Origin: Octopus sinensis
Lineage: Eukaryota
Assembly: GCF_006345805.1 (NCBI RefSeq)
Contig: NC_042997.1
Coordinates: forward strand, 179,924,001 to 179,988,000
Direction: 5' to 3'
DNA length: 64,000 bases
Shown piece by piece: positions 14,160 to 25,210 of the stretch. The translations under genes and the position numbers were made by a program. How positions within the stretch are numbered: position 1 is the stretch's first letter; every line of letters starts with the position of its first letter. Under the pieces are notes generated by a model. That model ran no database searches. It saw only the letters and a program-made list of their open reading frames with translations, and had not been told where the DNA came from.

Positions 14160-14330
14160 ATAGGGGAGAATTCACACAAAAAAGCAAAAGATAGATACAG
14201 TTGGTGTAGACAACAAACAGATGTATTAGTATAACGCTCGGGAAGTGAAAAAGTCTTTAACGTTTCGAGCCTACGCTCTTCCACAGAAAAGAACACAGGG
14301 AAAATCAAGGAGAGAAAATAAAGAATGTGT
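14160..14330 (-). mobile_element. Penelope-type terminal fragment with minimal HHR-like motif
   Basis: Minus strand CTGTGGAA-GAGC gtag GCTC-GAAACGTT; homologous to 42515-42690 (+). Confidence 0.5.
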
Positions 14331-14358
14331 AGTGGCTAACGATCCACATGATGCATAT

Positions 14359-14396
<38 letters not shown>

Positions 14397-14676
14397 GTGT
14401 GTGTGTGTATGTGTATATACATATATATATACATATATATATATTCATATATATATACATATATACACACATATATATATATATATATTATATAATTAGG
14501 GCTTAGTAAAATAAATTACTTTGCCACATACTGAACTTAGTAGAAATAGCAGCCCAAAAAAATTTTTTTAGCCATTTCTACTACTTAAAGAAAATTTCTC
14601 TCAGATAATGTTTACTCCAGACAGCTCACGAAGGTTTGGAGGTAAATGCAGAAAAATATCACAAGTACATAGATCG

Positions 14677-14739
14677 TTTGAGTACGTCAACGTTTCAAGA
14701 TTAGCCAAATAAAATCAGCATTTCTTTCGTCAGCTCAAA
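14677..14739 (-). ncRNA. Type I hammerhead ribozyme
   Basis: Reverse complement of 15170-15232 with all core bases intact. Confidence 0.85.
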
Positions 14740-15169
14740 ATTCTTAATTTGGATTTGGAAACACTAAAAGAAGGAACTTAACCTATCGGCGAACTTGTCG
14801 CTTCAGATGAACCAGCTCCAACTGCCAGTGCCAACAATTCAAAATGCGCAGGCGTAAATTTCTGCACTCCTCTTCCACCCACGTGGTCTATCTAGCAAAC
14901 ATTATTTTAACCGCGAGAACCGAGGCAGTATGACAGAGAGAAATGAATTATAATATCAACAATTGAGGGTAAATTAATTAATCAATTTCACCAAGTGTTC
15001 AGTATGTAAAAGGACCATTTAAGGCGAATTCAAAATATTACATTATATAATTAGGGCTTAGTAAAATAAATTACTTTGCCACATACTGAACTTAGTAGAA
15101 ATAGCAGCCAAAAAAAATTTTTTTAACCATTTCTACTACTTAAAGAAAATTTCTCTCAAATTAAGAAAT

Positions 15170-15232
15170 TTTGAGCTGACGAAAGAAATGCTGATTTTAT
15201 TTGGCTAATCTTGAAACGTTGACGTACTCAAA
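15170..15232 (+). ncRNA. Type I hammerhead ribozyme
   Basis: Stem I TTTGAG/CTCAAA; CTGACGA 15176-82; stem II AAGA/TCTT plus GCTGA/TTGGC; GAAA 15213-16; stem III ACGT-tg-ACGT; cleavage triplet GTA 15224-26. Confidence 0.85.
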
Positions 15233-15488
15233 CGATCTATGTACTTGTGATATTTTTCTGTATTTACCTCCAAACATTATCTGAGAGAAATTTTCTTTAA
15301 GTAGTAGAAATGGCTAAAAAAATTTTTTTTGGCTGCTATTTCTACTAAGTTCAGTATGTGGCAAAGTAATTTATTTTACTAAGCCCTAATTATATAATGT
15401 AATATTTTGAATTCGCCTTAAATGGTCCTTTTACATACTGAACACTTGGGAAAATGATTAATTAATTTTACCCTCAATTGTTGATATT

Positions 15489-15577
<89 letters not shown>

Positions 15578-15865
15578 TATGTAGACATGAATCTGTAGGT
15601 ACGAGTACGTATGTGTATATACGTGAACGTATGTAGATGTTTGTATGTATGAATATAACGCGTGCGTACGTGTATGTGTATGAGTGTACGAATGGGTGTA
15701 TGTACGTGCTAATGAGTGTGCGTGCGGGAACGAGTACTTGCCTTCTAGTAGACAGACAATTGGACATGCTGCCATCGCCAGGATCCTTAGCCCTAGCGAT
15801 CAAGATAACAAAAGTAATAAATGAAGATAATAAAATTAAAATTAGGGAATGGGCCTGTATTTGAT

Positions 15866-15933
<68 letters not shown>

Positions 15934-16029
15934 TATGTATGTATGTGTGTATGTGTAGGTTTGTATAGGCACACATGTGTACGTATGTGTGTGTGTATGT
16001 ATATGTGTTTATGTATGTATGTGCACACA

Positions 16030-16185
16030 TTTTATTTTTTTATTTTTTTATTTTTTTATTTTTTTATTTATTTTATTTTTTTATTTTTTATTTTTTATTT
16101 TTTTTATTTATTTTTTTTATTATTATTTTTTTTTTTTATTTTTTATTTTTTTTTTTTTTTTATTTTTTTATTTATCTATTCTTTC
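16030..16185. repeat. T-rich low-complexity tract (TTTTA)n-like
   Basis: Direct reading; explains the poly-F ORFs. Confidence 0.9.
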
Positions 16186-16322
16186 ATCTAACTTACCACT
16201 GACTCCTTGACCACTCCCCCAAGTATGATATTTTGCGCTATGCCTACCCCCAAAAAAGTCCCCCACCACCACTCCTTTAAACCTGCCTAAATGTATAAAT
16301 GCTAATACAATTCTTGTTAAAT

Positions 16323-16373
16323 AGCTTCCTGAAGATTTCTCTTGAATGAAACAGTACTAGTCCTGTAGAAGCT
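16323..16373 (+). ncRNA. Type I hammerhead ribozyme motif within a C-rich Penelope-type terminus (about 16190-16460)
   Basis: Stem I AGCTTC/GAAGCT; CTGAAGA 16329-35; stem II TTC/GAA with a T-T mismatch at its base; GAAA 16348-51; stem III ACAG/CTGT with palindromic ACTAGT in the loop; triplet GTA; AATAAA downstream. Confidence 0.7.
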
Positions 16374-16456
16374 CCTTCTATATAATAAATTAATTTTACT
16401 CTGCTATGTATTGAGTACCTTACTTACTGTGGTTAACCCCGGATCAACCCGGGACC

Positions 16457-16496
<40 letters not shown>

Positions 16497-17095
16497 CACA
16501 TATACACACAGACGCTTATACATATAATATATATATATGCGTGTGTGGGTGTATGTGTATGTATGTATGTATGTATGTATGTTTGTATGTATACATGTAT
16601 GTATATTGTTTATAGTTTAAAGACAGACGTTCTCCATATAGAATACACTTCGAAGTGCTCAAGAGATTTGAACTTGAGCTGGTAGATAGGTAAATGCAAT
16701 GGTAAGCAAGTTAGGCATGTCGATTTACACAGAATATTTAATAAATCTTATAGAACAAATGTACGTGTTCGCATATAAGAATATAGAATATAGAATATAG
16801 AATATAAATGATATCAAGAGTTGAATAGATACAATTTTATGAGTCCAACAGTTGTTTCTGTGACTTGGTGGTCCGGTATAGTGATAGTTACTTGTATCCC
16901 TTATTAGATTACAACGTCTCCGTTTTCGTGGGAGAATTTTACATTTGAGGTGCTGACAGGATGGAGTTTTAAAATGAAATGATTTTGTGGAAAACTAAGT
17001 GTATTAGGAAGGGGAGTTGGGGGTGTTTAGGTACAGATTAGTGAGAGGAGAAATAGATTTCAGGCTTAGAGTTTATAATGAGATTTGTGATAGTA

Positions 17096-17236
17096 TAAGG
17101 TTGTCCCAAAAGTTCGTAGAAAGTCTTGGAAAATAATGGTCTTTATTTTGAGGAATAATTTTTGTTGTTTTTGTTAGTACTTGGCGAGTAAAAATTCAAT
17201 TTTCGCAAGTGTTTACGAACTTTTGGGACAACCTAA
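17096..17236. mobile_element. Mariner-type MITE, 141 bp
   Basis: 23-bp TIRs T(A/T)AGGTTGTCCCAAAAGTTCGTA (22/23 match); TA on both sides (17094-95, 17237-38); TIR start resembles mariner TTAGGTTG. Confidence 0.85.
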
Positions 17237-18141
17237 TAGTAGAGGTTGGAGGTGGGAGGGAAAGGGAAGGGTGGTTTAAGTAGTATGTGAATGATGACAT
17301 TTTTGATAGTTTGTGTGAAGCCTATAGAGTTAAAATTTGTACTTGTGAAAAGGGCTTGTTATTCTTGTCTTCTCCTTTCCTCGTGTCCTTAGCAATTCTC
17401 CTTCTTCTTCCGTCTTGTTATATGTTCTCTATATTAATTTATTCAGTCTCTAAACATAACTTTATTTTTTTGTTACCTTTGTGACGTAATCAAAAACAAT
17501 GTCCGGAAGATGCATATAGCAAGTCTCAGGAAGTGCCACTCTAATCTCTAAAACCACAAATATTACATGAATTTTCACTTCGAATTTTCCGTTAACTGAC
17601 GCCGCAAGCAGAGATCGTACAGGAAAAATGATAACGAATCATTAAAGATGTATTCAACTATTTAAATATTCATTTGCCCTATTATTTGGATAATTATCCA
17701 TCGTCTATTATTATTCATTTGATTATAATACACCAAAAAGATTTACATGTCGGACACCCTGGAGTGTACCAACAATGTACAATCCACGTAAAACGTGCTA
17801 AGCGCTAAATACTCATAAGGCTGGTTTTTCTCTGTGTACACAACCGGAATATCCTATTTAATATTTATCAACCATAGTCGGGGACCACACATTTATCCAA
17901 CTGAAAGCATTCATATTTACATAGAACGTCTTACTGTTGTATGTATTATCCTTTGTTACCGTTGTTGGCAATTGTCAGCAATTCTATAGTCTGCAACTCA
18001 ATCAATAAGAACCATTCCTCGAAACCTACACTTGCTGAGCTTATTTATTGTTTTATGTACACCTTACCTTTGTTTATATTTTCGTTGCATTAGATTATCC
18101 CCAGTTACTGACGTATAATCCGCCTTATATTGTGTCATTAA

Positions 18142-18196
<55 letters not shown>

Positions 18197-18284
18197 ATTT
18201 ATATACACCTTTATTTATATTTTCGTTGCTGAAATCTTTCGATTATCCCCAGTTACCGATGTATATTCCGACTTGTATTATGTC

Positions 18285-18326
<42 letters not shown>

Positions 18327-18883
18327 TGTTTTTGTGTGTGTATGTCTGTGAATCTTTAAGTGTGTGCGTGCATGCGTGTGTGTATGTGTGTGTAAATGAG
18401 TGAACTGTTTATAATATAAATATTTGCTGAGAAGACAAACTCAGGCTATAAAATCCAGGATTTGTCATAATATCGCGTACGAACAACGAGAAGGTCGGAT
18501 ATATCTCGAATCGTATCAGCACTTACGAACCAACATTGACTATAAAACTGATTTAATAAGAATATTTATATTGAGAAGACTATGTATCATTGCAAAGTTC
18601 TCTCTGTATAATATGTATACTTTTTAACGGATAATGAAACTGATGTTATAGTCAAGTAAAAGCACTGGAATTTAAAATGTTTCGCTATAAGATATAACAC
18701 ATGGCGTTTTATAATCATAATCTGGTAAGAAACGCAGTCATAAACTATATAGTATTAGATAAAATTATATTGTATGAGTTAAATTATATATGATTTAGAT
18801 TATATTGTATTGATATTTTATGCAGAGAACATTGAAAGCGAACGAATAGTATATAAACTGCGTGAAAAAATTAAAACATTTAA

Positions 18884-19075
18884 TCCTTTGGACCGCGTAT
18901 GTACCCTTTAGCAGGTGCAGTTTCGTTGACCATGCACATGGAAAAAGTAAAAATGCTGAAAATAATAATGTTTCTTAAATCTAGTGAGCCGTAAACTCAA
19001 AACTATGTAGCTTTCCGATTTTTCATTTTCCAAACGAAATTGCGCCCACTAGAGCTTAGGGGCGTGTTCAAAGGA
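18884..19075. mobile_element. Possible piggyBac-like MITE
   Basis: TTAA|TCCTTTGGAC ... GTTCAAAGGA|TAAA; 9/10 TIR match, right target site degenerate. Confidence 0.3.
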
Positions 19076-20288
19076 TAAATCTAATTCTCACTTTGTGGGG
19101 ATATGAAAGGGAACTCCATACATTTTTTACTCTCATGCTGATCTAAACTATCACCGTATTTCTTACGGAAATGATTGGTTTTTGGCTGCGAGTCAGATGT
19201 AAATAACAATTGCTCTTCACCAATTCAGGTACTTAGAGATTGCTAGTAGAAAAGGAAGGAGGTATCCTCAGCGATTTGCCTAATGCTTACACTACCATCA
19301 AACTGTGCCTAGATGATGGTTATAGAATTGATGGTTAATGAAATTTACCTAACAATCCACGATGGGGAACAAGAGCAATTTTCCACTTACAGAATTTTAT
19401 TCACAAAGTATTGGACGGTCGGAAAACTATCTTAAGGAAAACAAGTCTTTGTTAGCATTCAATAGATGGATCGTACAACCATGTGAAACGTGAAGCAAAC
19501 GTTTTAACCTCAGCTTCATGCCTGTTTAAAATGAATATCTGGTTCATTGAAGGGAATTAATATACGATTGTTAAGCTTTGGATTTTGATCAATCATATGG
19601 TATTAATGTTTGTTGAACATACGTTATTAATGTTTGTAGATTCAAGTTGTGAATATTAATTGTCAATTCAGCAAAATGTATTTGGCAATAACAATTGTTA
19701 TGGTTGAGAAATGAAAGCTTTCTTTCCAGCTGTCTTTTGTGGTTTCTTTCAAAACACACACATTCATATGTACGTGTATACATATGTATACGTTATGTAT
19801 ATCTCTGTGTCCATGGGTATGTATATACATATTTGTGAATGTATGTGCTTGTGAGTAATGACCTGCTCACATATCTTCTCATTTACACAGAAACACAGTG
19901 TAAATATATACTAATTTTTGTATTCATCAAAGATATCCACGGAACCTATTTCAGATTTACCTAGATAGAAAACTTTAATTAATAAGCAAAAGAGACCATT
20001 TTTGACACAACCAGAGCGCCACTTTTTGAACATAGTTTGTAGGTGTTCCTTGCCACATCATGTAATAATAATTAATATCTTGCGTTGGCATGTATTTAAA
20101 TATTCAATTCTTACAGCTAAAGAGAGAATTTTCATAATTAATCTTAAATTAAATTTAACAAGCCATATTTAATTAAACTGTGCAACGAAGAGAAGTGGGT
20201 GTTACTGTTAGACGCTGCGGCAAAATTACATCCTTGAAGATTTCCATATGTATTTATATATGTATGTATGCATATATGGGTGTGTGTA

Positions 20289-20347
<59 letters not shown>

Positions 20348-20419
20348 AATATACCGGAGTAAACACATAATGTGAAAGAAGTTGGAAAAAAGGAGTACTC
20401 ATATACCAGGGGTAGAGTA

Positions 20420-20593
20420 ATATGCTTTATTTAAAAGCAGCAGAAATTCAGCAAAACCTGTTACTCGGAGTTCCACGTTCCTGTTCGTCGGGCAGTTTTG
20501 TTAAAATTTTAACAAAACTGTCCGACGAACGGGAACGTGAAACACCGAGTAACAGGTTTTGTTGAATTTCTGCTGCTGTTAAATAAAGTATAT
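20420..20593. repeat. Spacerless palindrome (about 87-bp arms) of an HHR-bearing element
   Basis: Centre GTTAAAA|TTTTAAC at 20506/20507; 6 mismatches over the inner 82 bp; (TA)n flanks. Confidence 0.9.
20509..20565 (+). ncRNA. Type I hammerhead-like motif with U4C core variant
   Basis: Stem I TTAACAAAACTGT / ACAG(G)TTTTGTTGA; core CCGACGA; stem II ACG-GGAA-CGT; GAAA; stem III AC/GT (ACT/AGT in the left arm); triplet GTA. Confidence 0.6.
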
Positions 20594-20889
20594 ATAAATA
20601 TATATACATATATGTGTGTATGTTTGTATGTGCATATATATATATATGTGAGGGTGGGGTGTATGTATGGCATGTAATATATGTATGTAATGTATGTATA
20701 CAGATATTGTTGAACCATTAATGTATGATCAACAAAAAAGTTCTCCATCCAGTGAGACATGAATTTCATTTAACGTACACAAGCATGAAAACCCAAGGCA
20801 TGTTATAAAAGCCTGCCTTGACCTCGTCTCCAAAGTAATATTGTATATTACTCGCATATATTGTGTACTTCAAGTAAGATATACATACA

Positions 20890-20937
<48 letters not shown>

Positions 20938-21299
20938 TATATATAATGTGCGTGTGCGCGCGTGTGCGTGTCTACATGTTTTTTGTATATATATCTATAT
21001 ATCTATATGAGATTCACATATACTCGGTAACGAAAACACTTAGTATCACCCAAATGATTCGAACTTAGACCATGATGTCTTTGCAAGGAACCAATTCCGC
21101 AGGGTAAAGAGAGGCTATAAGAGTAATCAAGGGGCGTAGATATGGAAGTAATTATGCGGATAAACAAATTAAATATGACAGCTTGGTGAGATATACAAAA
21201 TACATATATGCATGTGTATACATACAAACAAAAAGAAAACGAAGACTGAAGACTTTCAGACTATGAATATTTAGATATAGATATACAGTTATTTATATT

Positions 21300-21600
21300 A
21301 GTAGATCAAATTTACACAGAATACAGACCGTAGGGTTTTACAACTCTACCAGCTGTTTCCAGGCGGTCAGACATCATCGTAATGTTGGCAGATGTAGTTC
21401 ACCAAAATATGCAGTCAGTAATGGAAGCAAATAAACATTGGATAAATCGAGCCTGTGTTTCAGATCATAATGCAGAGAAGTTTAGAATTTTAAAAGTAGA
21501 ATCCACCCTTAAACATTTCTGCCTCGTGATCGCAAATCTAAGACTTGTTTTCACACTGATGGCGGAGTATCTGGGTAGTATGTAAGTTTATATGCTATCA
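21300..21600 (-). pseudogene. Decayed Penelope-like 3' end (GIY-YIG tail) with HHR remnant
   Basis: Minus translation RSRGRNV*GWILLLKF*TSLHYDLKHRLDLS resembles the R..E..WI..F.T...GLN..D tail; followed by ACGATGA...GAAACAGCTGGTA (21338-21390). Confidence 0.4.
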
Positions 21601-21840
21601 TCTAATATGGTATCTTATATTGTCCTATACTATTTCATATTTTGTACTTCGTTTCGTTGTAGGTGTATTAGCATATATTTCTTTATTATGCCGCAGTCAT
21701 CTTTCACCTAGCGGCACTCGATTCACTAAACTAGCAGTCAAGTACTAAATAAATATACTCGAAAAACTCCCACCACTTAACATTGCTGTATTGGAGCATA
21801 ATTTACGAAGGAAAAATCATCATCATCGTCGTCGTCGTCG

Positions 21841-21873
<33 letters not shown>

Positions 21874-23029
21874 CCACCATCATCATCATTAACGACATCA
21901 TCATTAGCAGCAGTAATAGTAATAGTATTGTCATCAGCACCAGCATTATGAAATCAGTAGTTTGCACATAAGCATACCTGAAGGGGTTAGGATTTCACTT
22001 TGCATCGAAACAGTCTTTTGATTCAATCTTATGCAAGTAATTTTTCCATACGTACCGAACCATCTAATCTTTGTAATCGAATCTTCGTACGCAGAAACGG
22101 TATATATGTTGTCATTTGAATGGACTGCACTTGTAATTGAAATATTCAACCCTGTCATATTTGTTTCACCCTAGTAAAGTCTGAGAATTATGTTAAGAGA
22201 ACTTGTTTTTACCTGAGAATTGCATAACGTCTGTAGAACACTCAGCTATTTTGAAGGATAATTTCGACCAATTTCCTTAAATGCACAAATCAGCCCGATA
22301 TAGAGTCAGCAGAATTATATCACATCGCTTCAGCTGAACACGCTTTTACTACAAGTTATACAGAAAAGAATATTCAAAATTTCTATAAAATAAGCTACAT
22401 TGAATCAACGTAATCCACACTAACTCCGATGAAAATTACTTGGCGGTGCAATAATATAACAAAGCTGATTTACATGTAATTACTCAGCAAATTTCAACTA
22501 TGAGAAGGAAATAGCGTTTAGCAGTCATACGAAACTTAACATATTTTTAAACATGACAATGAATGAATACTAGGAACATTTGCATAAAGACTCAATGGTA
22601 AATTAGTAAACATGACATTGATGAAGATCTAGATAGACCTCAATTTGTTAACAAAATAATGCCGAATGTCAATAATGTTGTATATATGTGAGGCGAATAG
22701 CCAAGGAACTCCACTAATCTATGTTTAAATGAAACAAAAATAACCATATAATAGATGTAAGAAAGATAATTTTCACCTGCATTAATATCTGGAAATAAAA
22801 CCGCAAAAGTTGGGTTTGAAAACAAACTCTATCCTTATAATAGGTACATTTGGACAGAAGACAAATACATAAGCATAACATTTTAGGATTTAATGTGCAC
22901 ATCATTAAGGAAATAGAGCTATTACACGACAGATACATGTGGCGCAGAGAAATTTCCATACAACAAGAAAAAAATATGAAAGCAAGTCACTGCATATAGC
23001 TAAATCACAAAGATCTGCGCTCAGGAGAG

Positions 23030-23400
23030 AAGCGAATGCCCCCAAATTAAATTATGAATATATTGGATTTCTCCATAAACAGTAAAATTGTGTTGAAGCA
23101 ACATGACCAGATGTGATTATAGTAGACAAAAATATATATGTACGATTAGTGTATTTGCTATATCATATGGTAACAGAGTGAATACTAAGCAAATTGAGTA
23201 AATTGATAAATATCAAGACCTAGCCAAAGATATAGAGGTATACAAAGGTGACAGTTGTTATTATGGTAATGATTGCTCTTGGCCCAACTTATAAGATGTT
23301 AGCTAAGAGATTGAAGAATATTGGCGCTGAAACACGCAATAGGCTGCACCAAAAATGTTTCATCCTCTATTCTACACGAATTAAAAAAAAATAGCGACTG
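23030..23400 (+). pseudogene. R4/Dong-like restriction-like endonuclease remnant
   Basis: Translation across stops: PDVIIVDK...FAISYGNRVNTKQIE*IDKYQDLAKDIE...VTVVIMVMIALG; TAA repeats follow. Confidence 0.65.
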
Positions 23401-23944
23401 TGGAGACATGAGGTGAATTATTACCGCCATACCTCATAACAACTTACTTGCTGTCTAAATAATAGCCTTATGATAATTATAATAATTACTTCAAATTTTG
23501 GCACAAGGCAAATAATTCGGGTTGGGGGAAGAAATATCGTTAGCAATAATCAAAATAATAATAATAATAATAATAATAGTCATGATGGGTATATTTGGCT
23601 TCGTATATTTTACCCCAGTGTCACTTTGATGGCATGAACTGCTCTCTCACTCAATAATAATAATAATAATAATAATAATAAAGAACTATTACTACCCATG
23701 TATTTTAATTTAACTTAAAGAACTATTACTCCCCATGTATTTTAATTTAACTTTAAAAAAAAATGAACGAACTATTGAGTTTAGTTTAATGGTCGACCAA
23801 TGTATATAATGAGTTTCTTTGCCCTAGGAGTCGGGAAGACACTCAGCAAGAAATGGAAGCAAATTTGAAAGAGAAAAAAAAAATTATAATAATAATAATA
23901 ATGATGATGATGATGATGATGTTGATGATAATAATAATAATAAC

Positions 23945-24433
23945 TTTGGCTGCAAACAGGAGGGTCAACCTTAAGAATGTGCAAGCATCTCCGTTCTACC
24001 ACATCTGCAATAGAGTAGATGAAATTATTGCCCATATCACAAACGAATCCCTAGATTGCCTAAAACACTACAATTTGTGGTGATACGACCAAGTAGCGAA
24101 GGTGCTACATTGGAAACTGCTATACTGGAAATGTGTAGGGAGTAGAGGGAAGCATGCGTGGTATGAGCTCAGGCCGCAGAGGGTGGGGGAGTCGGAGACT
24201 AGCAAAATCCTGTGGGATTTCCCGATCCAAAAAGATCAGGTGCTAGAGCACAACAGACCGGATCTAGTGGTAGTGGTGGTGGACAATTTGTACCACATAT
24301 ACTATACAGTTGATGTTGCATGTCCCTTTTCCCTACGAATAGTCAAGAAGGACAGCCAAAAAATAGATAGATACAACCCTCTCACGTACGAAATAGTCCG
24401 GTTGTGGAAAATGAAGAATGTGAAAACAGTGCC
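23945..24433 (+). pseudogene. R4/Dong-like fragment: zinc knuckle plus RLE endonuclease
   Basis: HICNRVDEIIAHIT...VAKVLHWKL...KILWDFPIQKDQVLEHNRPDLVVV...DVACP...KIDRY..L..EIVRLW; preceded by (TAA)/(TGA)n; cut at the Gypsy LTR. Confidence 0.85.
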
Positions 24434-24964
24434 AAATTTTACCAGACTATATCAATAGTTATAGTTAAAAAATAAATACTCAAACAAAAAAATCTAATTT
24501 GCTTCAAAAGTCACACAAATCTAAATCATACAAGCATGCTGAGTAACCATTAGACACAATTTACAGTTTAGTTGTCCGATGCAAAAAATTGGCTACATGA
24601 AAAATTAAATTCATACACCCTCTAGCTATCTATACAAATTTTTTCAACATTTATCTTAAGAGAAAATAGCTAGCAAAATTACTACACAACCTGCCACAAA
24701 TGCAGGGTTCAAAATTCACATAAATATTACAATAACATAGCTTAAGAGATTTTTGTACTCAACCAGATGTGATAGAGAAACTATTTAAATCTGAGAAGCA
24801 AAAGTTCTGGCGAATTCCTGGAGCATAAAATAAATCCATAAATTCCTAACACAAAGCAAAAAGTGCATAAACTCTCACAAAAACTGAGTGTACAATTATC
24901 TCTGCGTATAAATGTTTGCTAAGTTCTAGCCAATTCGTTAGTTTCACAGTTTGGCTATTAACAC
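24434..24964 (-). repeat. Probable 3' LTR of the Gypsy element
   Basis: Minus strand PPT-like AAAATGAGGGAAGTAAGG followed by TGTTA; distal boundary inferred from loss of the R4 reading frame; no 5' LTR found to confirm. Confidence 0.4.
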
Positions 24965-25210
24965 CTTACTTCCCTCATTTTGACAATGGACGTCATCCTG
25001 ACCTTACAGTACAGAATGCAAAACTGTCTGTTTACCAGTTTACTTGTTAAAATTATACAATAAAACGTTTTTATAATTGCCTAACATTCCTTTCGCATTA
25101 AAAGTGACAATTTGTATACATAATAAACAAGTTTCAGAAAGATAAAATATATTCCATAAAATGCAGAATTCAAATATGTAGTTGTACATAAAATATATAC
25201 ATGGTAAGTG

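Larger units (their letters stand above)
14487..15491. mobile_element. HHR-bearing retrozyme/Penelope-pLTR-like element: 1.2 x 555-bp monomer (minus) plus inverted copy (plus)
   Basis: Direct repeat 14487-14603 / 15042-15158 (offset 555); 15158-15491 is an inverted copy of 14750-14604 followed by 15157-14949; (TA)n on both flanks; no ORF. Confidence 0.85.

Noticed and set aside
16630-18060. Possible decayed GIY-YIG/Penelope coding remnants on either side of the MITE and at 17720-18040
   Set aside because: Only isolated motif-like words across many stops and frameshifts; a profile search is needed.
21382-21585. 67-aa plus-strand ORF that looked exon-like
   Set aside because: Better explained as the antisense of a decayed Penelope-like 3' end.
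23677-23755. 37-bp tandem duplication after (TAA)n, and an 18-bp duplication at about 26990-27030
   Set aside because: Two-copy local slippage or TSD-like events; not CRISPR-like (no spacers, eukaryotic context).
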